A DNA stretch of 32,332 nt. Origin: a virus. Taxonomy: Duplodnaviria > Caudoviricetes. The notes under the pieces were generated by a model, which saw nothing but the letters and a program-made list of their open reading frames with translations, did no database searches and was not told the DNA's origin. Position 1 is the stretch's first letter; every line of letters begins with the position of its first letter. The stretch covers positions 1 through 32,332 of the IMG/VR virus record IMGVR_UViG_3300032318_000443. One strand, written 5' to 3'. Shown one piece after another: positions 24,819-32,332 of the stretch. Position numbers and translations under genes: made by a program.

Positions 24819-25783
24819 TAAAAGCCTCCGGTCAGAATCCAGCCGGCATCTGCTCGTTTGCCTACAATCAATGAGTCATCAAATCGCGCTACCTGCATTG
24901 GTCTCATATTGGTGCGCTTGATAGTTGCCTTGGCATGGCCTGCAAAGCCATTAATCATCTGTATTTGCGTTGGGCTGGCTTTTCCATACATCGGCATCAA
25001 CCGCTCTGCTAAACACCATCTGAGAGCCATTATGTAGCCTTGCGGGATAACGATTTCATCATTAATGGAAGTAAAGCGCTGGAATAGCGTATCGGCAAAG
25101 ATATGCATCTCACCTTGGGATGGATTTGGCCAAACTGTAATCGTTCCCAAAGACTCGCCTGGCTGGTAGTACAGGGCGCGAGGCCAAGGTCCATTAAGGG
25201 TTTTTAAGCCAATCAACTCGTAGTTTTCTAGGTTGAGAATGGTAATTGGGTAATCAAGGCCGCCGTTCAAAATAGGCTGGCCATTAGAGTTAGTGTTTAC
25301 CCTTACAAATGCTGAGTTGATAGACAGAGGGCGCTCGTAATATGCATTAATAGTCGTACTGGCCACGGTCTGGGATATGTTGACCGTGTAAGTACCGTCC
25401 GAGTTCACATTACCGCCTGCGCCCGTTTTAAATCCAGTTATCTTAGTTCCAGATGCTACGCCGCTGCCGGTCAGGGTCATGCCCAAGGCAATAGCGCCGT
25501 CTGATACATCGGTAACCGTTAAAGTTGTGCCGCTGATTGAGCCGGTAATTGTGCCATTGATCTGGCCGCCAGCGCCGATGGTGTATTGAGTCTGGCCTGC
25601 AGTCAGGGTAAATATAATTTCGGTCTTGTAAAAGACCATCATCTGCTCGTTTGACCATTGGTCAACCATGTCATTGAGCATATCGAATGCATCTTGCGCG
25701 TCCGCTGGAGCGGGGGTTTCACCAGCCTCCAGAGCCCCAATGTCTTTTAGGGCGCGGGAGATGATGTCGATTGGTTGTGTCAT
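24818..25783 (-). CDS. Head-tail adaptor (P22 gp4-like) with inserted domain
   Basis: [19 protein letters not shown]...[13 protein letters not shown]; [19 protein letters not shown]. Confidence 0.8.
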   Translation of the reverse strand: MTQPIDIISRALKDIGALEAGETPAPADAQDAFDMLNDMVDQWSNEQMMVFYKTEIIFTLTAGQTQYTIGAGGQINGTITGSISGTTLTVTDVSDGAIALGMTLTGSGVASGTKITGFKTGAGGNVNSDGTYTVNISQTVASTTINAYYERPLSINSAFVRVNTNSNGQPILNGGLDYPITILNLENYELIGLKTLNGPWPRALYYQPGESLGTITVWPNPSQGEMHIFADTLFQRFTSINDEIVIPQGYIMALRWCLAERLMPMYGKASPTQIQMINGFAGHAKATIKRTNMRPMQVARFDDSLIVGKRADAGWILTGGF

Positions 25784-26091
25784 ATCGTCACCTTAAATGT
25801 GTCCACGGCCCAGGGCGGTTTAGTTGTTATTTCTAAACTAAGCGCATCCAGCTGCTCTTGTAATCTGTATTTTATAAGATGTTTGCCGTCTTGGGTAGCA
25901 TCTAAATCAAGCCAATGCGCAACCTGGTGTTGGGTTGTATCCTCATCTACCATGTGTTGCGTCAACATTTTCCAGTTTCCCTCAGTCTCTACAGAATGTT
26001 TACCGTCTGTAGCCTTGCACCAATATTTAACGGATTTAAGAACCCCATCAATAATGAGGGTTTCTAGTATTTTCCATTCGTAATTAGTCAT
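25780..26091 (-). CDS. Tail-fibre-associated hypothetical protein
   Basis: MTNYEWKI...V.YW...TDG...C-terminal PPW; follows the fibre genes. Confidence 0.65.
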   Translation of the reverse strand: MTNYEWKILETLIIDGVLKSVKYWCKATDGKHSVETEGNWKMLTQHMVDEDTTQHQVAHWLDLDATQDGKHLIKYRLQEQLDALSLEITTKPPWAVDTFKVTI

Positions 26092-26297
26092 GGCAAAGTC
26101 GCTATAAAAGCATTGGCCTGTTGTTGTGTCATCACATTCCCATCTGCATCTTGCAGTTCTGCACCAGCTAATATTTCTTTTTTAAAGTTTTGGTAGTCGG
26201 TGTTGGCTGGGTCAAATGGGATATAAGCATTATCAGCAGTACGCAAAATCATTTTTGCGTTTTCGCCTGTAAGTATGTTTTTTACAAATTTATACAT
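26088..26297 (-). CDS. Tail-fibre assembly/chaperone-like small protein
   Basis: R..DNAYIPFDPANTDYQ motif; coupled to the fibre stop. Confidence 0.7.
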   Translation of the reverse strand: MYKFVKNILTGENAKMILRTADNAYIPFDPANTDYQNFKKEILAGAELQDADGNVMTQQQANAFIATLP

Positions 26298-29290
26298 TAT
26301 AGTTCCGCACTAGAAGAAATTGATGCAGTTGCACTTGCAGATGCTGTAAAGATAGTGCCAATTCCACTTGAAAAACTTGTGGGGCCTGTAAGTAAAATAG
26401 TTGATGCTGTTGCGCTAGTCTGTGGTGTCGATATGCCGTTGCATTGTTCCGCAACAATGCCTGGGGCATGACGAGCAAATGTAGTAGCGGCAGAAAAAGT
26501 AATAGTAGGTGCTGAACGCAAAGGAGGGTTATAAAAAATACTTCCGCCAGTTGTGCCTGTCCAAGATGAACCCCATCCAAATCCTGCAAAATTTCCGTTT
26601 GATCCTGTTGTGTCTGTCTGAGTTACTATTTGGAAATAGCGTTGGCATAAACTTAACTCAGTACCATACTGTCTGTATTCAAATGAAGTAGCTTGTGTGC
26701 CTACCTCTAGCTGAACTCCAGTTACATACCATGTAGCACCGTTTGTTCCCACTACGGAAACAGAGCTAGTTGGTTGAACTAAATTACCAGCACCCCAAGA
26801 ACCAGCAGTTCCAGTAAATGTAGAGCCACTTCCCAAACCAAAACGAACACCAACTCCATAAGTGTTATCAGTTGTCCATGTACCGCTTGTATCACCAGTA
26901 ATGGTTACTGATTTTTGTTCCCAAGTATTTGCGGCTGAAATTGTGTAACTGAAAACAAAAGTTCTGTTTTGTGCTGCGTTTTCTAATGCACCACCAAAAG
27001 TACCAATTAATGAACTACGAACCCAAAAAGAAATAGTTATAGTTTTAGCATTGGCAGTTCCCCAAGCTAAATCAGCAATATTAAAACCCTCTACAACCTG
27101 TTGCACAAAAAAAGTGTCGCCAGTCAAAACGCTATAAGCAGACGATGAAGTTACACCAAGGTATTTTGTAAAACCAGCAGGAGGTGTAACAGAACCAGCA
27201 TTTTGCTGAACAGTAAATTTGCTGTTTTGTGTTACTTGCCCTGACCATCTATCAAGCGAATACCCACCATTTGTAGTGCTAGGCGTAAAGGAAGCGCCAG
27301 CGTTTCTTTGGTCAATAACCATCGCACCGTTGATTAGACGATTCCGCATGACTGAACTAATCGGTGATACTGAACCACCTTGTGAGTCTGCCATTACATT
27401 AGCAGTAACAGTAGTAAACGCTCCTGTTGTTGGTGTAGTAGCGCCTACTGTACCGTTTAATGCTCCAGCAAAGCCAGTTGAATTTAAAATCCCAGTTGAC
27501 GGATTAAATTGCAGTTTAGTCGATGCAACATTGGCGGTTGAGATATTACCTGTTGTTGCGCTAGTAAATGCTAAATAACGGGTTGCATTGGTTGTTGTGT
27601 CGTCCGCAATAGCCAAGCCATTTGCGTTGGCCTGCCAAGTTGGGGCCGATGCGCCATTGGAGGTCAAAACAAAGCCAGCAGTTCCGGTAGTTCCAGCCAA
27701 TGAAATAGTGTTGTTTACCCGTAAATCGGTAAATGTGCCGGCAAGCGGAGTAGTTCCGCCGATGGCCACATTGTTCATGGTTGATGCGGTTGTTGGGTTT
27801 ACAGTCAGCGCGCCCGCTGGTGCAATAGAGACGCTACCAGTACCAGTTGGGTTAATCTGAATAGCTGAATTAGCGCCATTCATATTGATTGGGCCATCTA
27901 TGGTGACATTAACACCGCCGCCGCCGCCCCATTGCAAACAATTAGACCCGCCGCTAGTCCTTAACGCTCCACCGCCTGATCCGGCGGCATCAAAATTAGT
28001 TCCGACAAAGCCAGTAGTTGCGGTAATGGTTGTGCCGCGAATTGTGTTGGCAGTTGTATTACCGATGGTTGGGGGCGCGGATAAGTCTAATGTGCCGCCA
28101 AGAGTTAAGTTCCCGCTGCTTGTTACTGTTCCAGACAAACTAATGCCAGATACCGTTCCAGTACCGCCTACCGAGGTGACCGTTCCCGTGGTTGGTGTTG
28201 CGTATGTTGGTACGCCACCAGCCAAAGTTAAGACCTGGCCGTTGCTGCCTGCTGCTAAAAATGTTGTTGTTCCCGCGCTACTTTGGTAAGGAATAGAGCC
28301 AGTTGCTCCGCCAGCAAGGTTGGTGGCCGTGGTAGCTGTAGTGGCCGTGGTCGCAGTTGTTGCGGTGGCCGCATTACCCGAAATTGATCCAGTAATTGTG
28401 CTGCTGACCGTTAAGCCAGATAGCGTTCCAACCGCGGTAATGCCCGTATAAGAGCCAGAAATACGCGCAGAATCAATAGTTCCGCTGGTAACTTGGCTGC
28501 CTGCAATCGCAATATTTGTATTGCTTGCGCTAGTAATTTGACCTTGTTGATTAACCGCAATGGCTGGAACTGCAGAGGCCGAACCATAAGTTGCAGCCGT
28601 TACGCCAGTATTGGTGATGTTGAATGTATCGCCACCAGACAGGTTTAGACCAGTACCGGCAAAGTAAACGCCGCCGACTGAAAAGTTATTCCAGGTAATT
28701 GGGGTAACGCCTAAAGTGCCGCCTGGCTGAATAGGACAATAATATGCAGCGCCAGCTTGAGAGCCCTCGACAATAAAAACAAGCGCAGAAATCAACTCAT
28801 CCCATGTATTTGCATCGGGAGAGCGCGTCCATGGTCCTACGGCTGCGTCATAAATACCATTATTCGCTTGATTTGTTTGGTTTTTAACAAGTACGCGCTC
28901 ACCAGCCAACACCGATACCGTATCAATGGTTTGCAAACCAGACAAAGTTATGTTTGCTGTTGTGGCAGCAATAACCGGTTGTTTCCACGAAATGCCCAAA
29001 GCCAAAGAGTCAACATACAGTTTGGTCGTTAAATCGTTATTGCCGACAGGTTGATTGGTTGCACTTGCGGTAGTAAACGCGCCCAAAGCCGGAGTTGTGA
29101 CCCCGATGGTCGTGCTATTAATCGTACTGTTAGTAATGCTTACCCCATCCAAATCAGGATTAGTAGGAGCAAAAAACGGCGTTCCAGCAGGTCCAATTAA
29201 GTTGATGCACTCATAGGGCGGTAAGGGCTCAAAAGTCCCTTGGACCGGCACTATATTGGTTGTTATAGTCTTTGCGGTGTCGTTGGACAT
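26297..29290 (-). CDS. Long tail fibre protein
   Basis: 997 aa G/T/S-rich; TKLYVD, ERVLVKNQT...NGIY, GTVTSV, RNRLINGAM.IDQR, VQLEVG..ATSFE.R.YG.EL.LCQRYF. Confidence 0.9.
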   Translation of the reverse strand: MSNDTAKTITTNIVPVQGTFEPLPPYECINLIGPAGTPFFAPTNPDLDGVSITNSTINSTTIGVTTPALGAFTTASATNQPVGNNDLTTKLYVDSLALGISWKQPVIAATTANITLSGLQTIDTVSVLAGERVLVKNQTNQANNGIYDAAVGPWTRSPDANTWDELISALVFIVEGSQAGAAYYCPIQPGGTLGVTPITWNNFSVGGVYFAGTGLNLSGGDTFNITNTGVTAATYGSASAVPAIAVNQQGQITSASNTNIAIAGSQVTSGTIDSARISGSYTGITAVGTLSGLTVSSTITGSISGNAATATTATTATTATTATNLAGGATGSIPYQSSAGTTTFLAAGSNGQVLTLAGGVPTYATPTTGTVTSVGGTGTVSGISLSGTVTSSGNLTLGGTLDLSAPPTIGNTTANTIRGTTITATTGFVGTNFDAAGSGGGALRTSGGSNCLQWGGGGGVNVTIDGPINMNGANSAIQINPTGTGSVSIAPAGALTVNPTTASTMNNVAIGGTTPLAGTFTDLRVNNTISLAGTTGTAGFVLTSNGASAPTWQANANGLAIADDTTTNATRYLAFTSATTGNISTANVASTKLQFNPSTGILNSTGFAGALNGTVGATTPTTGAFTTVTANVMADSQGGSVSPISSVMRNRLINGAMVIDQRNAGASFTPSTTNGGYSLDRWSGQVTQNSKFTVQQNAGSVTPPAGFTKYLGVTSSSAYSVLTGDTFFVQQVVEGFNIADLAWGTANAKTITISFWVRSSLIGTFGGALENAAQNRTFVFSYTISAANTWEQKSVTITGDTSGTWTTDNTYGVGVRFGLGSGSTFTGTAGSWGAGNLVQPTSSVSVVGTNGATWYVTGVQLEVGTQATSFEYRQYGTELSLCQRYFQIVTQTDTTGSNGNFAGFGWGSSWTGTTGGSIFYNPPLRSAPTITFSAATTFARHAPGIVAEQCNGISTPQTSATASTILLTGPTSFSSGIGTIFTASASATASISSSAEL

Positions 29291-29300
29291 GGTAAATCCC

Positions 29301-29633
29301 TTATTCGTTTGCCACTAATGTCAAATAGAGCGAGTTTGTACCTGACGAAATGCCTTTGATAAAGAAGTTTGGCCGTGGGCAATCAATGATTATTGGCAAA
29401 AACATATTTGGAGCCAGAATAAATGAGCCGCTGCCACCTGTTGACGCAATCGCCGGTGTAGCCATATTGGTATCAGTTGTGCCAAAAGTGATGGCTGCAG
29501 TACCTGTTCCAGTATTAAGGATGGCCACGCGATAAGCCAAGGTTGGCGTATCTGGTATTAATTGCAAAGCAGCTGACGCGGAATTTGTAAGGTCCAACCG
29601 ATAAGTTGGGGAAAGAATCTTTAGGGAGTCCAT
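29301..29633 (-). CDS. Probable virion structural protein
   Basis: 110 aa beta-rich protein at the head of the tail gene block; GAGG RBS. Confidence 0.65.
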   Translation of the reverse strand: MDSLKILSPTYRLDLTNSASAALQLIPDTPTLAYRVAILNTGTGTAAITFGTTDTNMATPAIASTGGSGSFILAPNMFLPIIIDCPRPNFFIKGISSGTNSLYLTLVANE

Positions 29634-29690
29634 GATTATCCTCGAAATAGAGATGTTTAAATTATCCTATGTTTTTGGCTTTTTATACCA

Positions 29691-29730
29691 AAAAAATAAA
29701 AAAAGGCCACCCTCTTTTGGAGAATGGCCC
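29691..29730 (-). terminator. Rho-independent terminator after the capsid genes
   Basis: Minus strand GGCCATTCTC-CAAAA-GAGGGTGGCC followed by TTTTTTTATTTTTT. Confidence 0.88.
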
Positions 29731-29750
29731 TTTTAAAGTCTCATGCGATA

Positions 29751-29990
29751 TTAAGTCGCAATGATACCTTTATTACGCAATGCAACCAAAATACTGTTTA
29801 CTGCAGTTGCAATTTCTGTACCAGTAGCGCTATTGCTGATATTGGTAATAGCGGCTGCTTGAATTACAGGGGTTTTACCGTGAAAAGCCAATTTGTCTGA
29901 TGCGGCACCGGCAATTTGAATACCGTCTGTTGAGTCACCGTTAAAGAGAAAATTGTCTGTTTGGGTAGTTGCTGGTCCTGGATTTGGCAT
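29751..29990 (-). CDS. Probable head decoration/fibre protein
   Basis: 79 aa directly after coat; KLAFHGKTPV.Q, C-terminal NSILVALRNKGII. Confidence 0.65.
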   Translation of the reverse strand: MPNPGPATTQTDNFLFNGDSTDGIQIAGAASDKLAFHGKTPVIQAAAITNISNSATGTEIATAVNSILVALRNKGIIAT

Positions 29991-30008
29991 GATTAGGTTC
30001 CTTTCCTA

Positions 30009-31256
30009 TTAAGCTGCTACGCGGCAGGCGAGTTCTGGGTAAAGCGGAGCCCAGCCGTATAAAACATCTAAACGGGTTGGGATGGAGTCGTTGTTAATGG
30101 TGTATTGACGCACCACACGAATCGACAAGCCATTATCCTTATCGCTTGCACGGCCTGCAAAATGTACGCCGTCAGGCAATTGGAGGTCGGCTGTAGCCAG
30201 GGTAAACGCATTGCGGTGGAATACCAAGTTCTGTGGGCTGACAATACCAGTCTTGTTGAATGGTGTGACAACTGCAGTTGACGAGGTAGACAAAACGCTC
30301 ACATTCTGGAACTGGCCAGCAGTAATAATCGCTGGGGAAACAGTTACAGATGCTGTGCCGCCGGAAGTGATGGTTGTATCGGCAGTAACAACAAAGCTGC
30401 GCAATACATTACCACCGTATGGCTGGCGGTTCTGTGGGTTGACTGCGAACACGCCAGCAATCTGAATCGTATCGCCTTGCTTCAAATTGGCGTTAGCGGT
30501 TGCAGCTGCAATGGTAATGGTCGAGGTTTGAGCCCAGCCAGTTGTCAATGAACCAGTAAATGTTGCTGTGTTGGTTGACAATGTTGCGGTTGCGTAAGAA
30601 CCATAGGTGTGGGACACAATGTTTTGGTCCATATACCAGTTCATACCGATGGTGTCGCGACCCATCATGCCCTTTTCGTACTGACCAGCAATAGTACCTT
30701 GTGGGTTAAAGAGCCCTTTTAAGGAGCCAACAATAGAGGCGCCAGTAAAGGGATCAACCACGCAAGAGCGCTTACCGTCACGGGGAGCGCCTTCACCATC
30801 CAGATAAGCCTGGGCGGTCAAGAATGTTGCGATGTCAGATGGAACTACACCAGCTGTACCTACGGTATTAGCTGTGTTGTCTACTGCCATTGTTGTGCCG
30901 TCAAAGTCGATTTTGTTGGCGATTGCAGCAATAGCTGGTTTCAAAACACGGTCCGAGAACATATCTAACGACAAGGACAAGTCCTGAGTCGTAAATTGTG
31001 TGTCCACATGGAACTGTGTTGAGAGGGTTACTGGGGATGAAGTCTCGTTAAAGTCCTCAACATTCAGCGCTGGGCCGGTTGTACCGATAAAACGACCTGG
31101 GCGGCGGACATTGACTGTGTTACCAATCTTTGCACCGACAACCGCAAATTGGTCATCATAGTTACGGTCTACGCGACCAGTAAAGGTCAAACTGTTTTCC
31201 AAGACCATCAACGCCTCGTTGGTGATCATGGAGATGGTTAGCAAATTATTTGCCAT
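30009..31256 (-). CDS. Major capsid protein (P22 gp5-like)
   Basis: MANNLLT, KIGNTVNVRRP, FSDRVLKPA, QNLVFHRNAF.LA, RLDVLYGWAPLYPELACR. Confidence 0.95.
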   Translation of the reverse strand: MANNLLTISMITNEALMVLENSLTFTGRVDRNYDDQFAVVGAKIGNTVNVRRPGRFIGTTGPALNVEDFNETSSPVTLSTQFHVDTQFTTQDLSLSLDMFSDRVLKPAIAAIANKIDFDGTTMAVDNTANTVGTAGVVPSDIATFLTAQAYLDGEGAPRDGKRSCVVDPFTGASIVGSLKGLFNPQGTIAGQYEKGMMGRDTIGMNWYMDQNIVSHTYGSYATATLSTNTATFTGSLTTGWAQTSTITIAAATANANLKQGDTIQIAGVFAVNPQNRQPYGGNVLRSFVVTADTTITSGGTASVTVSPAIITAGQFQNVSVLSTSSTAVVTPFNKTGIVSPQNLVFHRNAFTLATADLQLPDGVHFAGRASDKDNGLSIRVVRQYTINNDSIPTRLDVLYGWAPLYPELACRVAA

Positions 31257-31289
31257 GATAATTCTCCAAATTAATTGTAAGGTTACCCA

Positions 31290-32216
31290 TTACCGAATTT
31301 TCCCTGCGGACCTGGCAGCTTTCCATTGCTGGTAAGTGCCATGAAATTTACGGTCAGCATCTAGCGCAATGTCGCTAGGGTTGCCGCCGGATTTCAGCGG
31401 GTTAATCGGTGCCGGAGCATTAGACTTCTTCGCAACAGGTTCTCTTACGCTCTGTTTAGGAGCTTCTGATTTCTCAAATTTAGCCTCTAAACGCCCGATG
31501 GCACGGAGTTGAGAAGTGATGGATTTATCCGCCAATTCTCGAGCGAATTCTGGATTCTCGGCCAAGTAATATAGGATTTGTGGGCCTACATCACTCTCAA
31601 TAATTGCATCGGTGACCGGTTGTGAAACCGAAACATCACTTGAGGCAATCATTTCCTCGTAATCCGGCATATCTTGTTTCGCAATATCTAGTCGGTCTTG
31701 GAACTTCTGCCGCATCCGCGACTGCTCCTCCTCGACTTTACGAGCCAATTCTGCTTGATCCCGCTCCCGCATCTTTCGATCAGTAGTCCACTCGGCCAGA
31801 GCCTCCGCATACTCTAGGGCATCATTAAATTGCGTTGGGTCTGGTTTGGGGTCTGGCTCATCCGATTTCGGCGGATTTACCTTTGCCTCCATGTCCCTTA
31901 AACGCGCCTCAAGAGCCTCTCGAGCACTACGCTCACGGTCCGCTTCTTGGCGGGCTGCTTCGCGCTGCTTGGTCAGTTCCGAAAACCGCTTTTCAAGTTT
32001 CGGGTTGTGCTTCTTTTCACCTGCTACAGCATCTGTTTCTGCCTCTGGCTCACTCCGGTCTTGCTCAACAACCGGCTCCGCATCCGCGGCCTCAGTTGGA
32101 GTTTCCTGACTGGCTAAACCAAGTTTTTGTGCGTGAAACTCAGCTAAATTCTCACTTGTTACTATGTTGCCGGCTTGTTTCCTTGCCGGTTCCTGTACTA
32201 CTTCTGCGTCAGACAT
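31290..32216 (-). CDS. Scaffolding protein
   Basis: Acidic coiled-coil 308 aa between portal and coat; KRFSELT, GPQILYYLAENPE, AIGRLEA, APAPINPL. Confidence 0.85.
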   Translation of the reverse strand: MSDAEVVQEPARKQAGNIVTSENLAEFHAQKLGLASQETPTEAADAEPVVEQDRSEPEAETDAVAGEKKHNPKLEKRFSELTKQREAARQEADRERSAREALEARLRDMEAKVNPPKSDEPDPKPDPTQFNDALEYAEALAEWTTDRKMRERDQAELARKVEEEQSRMRQKFQDRLDIAKQDMPDYEEMIASSDVSVSQPVTDAIIESDVGPQILYYLAENPEFARELADKSITSQLRAIGRLEAKFEKSEAPKQSVREPVAKKSNAPAPINPLKSGGNPSDIALDADRKFHGTYQQWKAARSAGKIR

Positions 32217-32332
32217 GGATTAACTCCAAGAATAAACCCGATGAACCCATCGGTAGGTTAAATCTATTAGAAACTGTTTTTCGATAGTTGTCAACGAGGT
32301 CCCATCGGTACGCCAGGAATGGCCGGCTGCTC
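32210..32332. repeat. Terminal direct repeat, right copy
   Basis: Identical to 1-123. Confidence 0.97.

Noticed and set aside
28320-28372. Thr-Thr-Ala tandem repeat in the tail fibre as a possible array
   Set aside because: Short coding repeat (ATATTATTATTATTAT peptide) with varied codons; ordinary for fibres, and not a CRISPR or VNTR.
1-32332. CRISPR array, tRNA genes, integrase/att site, diversity-generating retroelement, alternative genetic code
   Set aside because: I saw no repeat-spacer array, cloverleaf with a T-loop consensus, recombinase, reverse transcriptase or TR/VR pair; genes tile densely in the standard code. This is by eye only, so tRNAscan and HMM searches are still needed.

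Overview
This window is an apparently complete, circularly permuted ~32.2 kb tailed-phage genome: bases 1-123 are repeated exactly at 32210-32332, giving a unit length of 32,209 bp. It has P22-like podovirus morphogenesis genes on the minus strand: TerS, TerL, portal, scaffold, coat, gp4/gp10-like head-tail proteins, ejection proteins, two fibre genes and a peptidase M15 endolysin with holin-like genes. A plus-strand early block (11.4-14.7 kb) encodes YodL-like, HTH, ERF, YqaJ exonuclease, SSB and lipoprotein genes. A minus-strand middle block encodes a short replication-type protein, a TGT/DpdA-like TIM barrel, an HNH/Ref-like protein, RusA, a Dps-like protein, GroES, very basic small proteins and an LPD23/zincin protein. 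I could not recognise an integrase, CI-type repressor, DNA polymerase, primase or helicase. The most striking unexplained element is a ~400-nt non-coding minus-strand region (10810-11215). It has its own promoter, G-U-containing long stems, a possible loop-loop contact, a terminator-like U run and mutually exclusive helices, and sits where a replication initiator or origin would be expected. A recurrent AATAAACAGT motif at promoters and gene starts and a stand-alone TGT/DpdA-like gene are also notable. All family calls come from motif recognition by eye, without database searches. An aquatic proteobacterial host is a guess.
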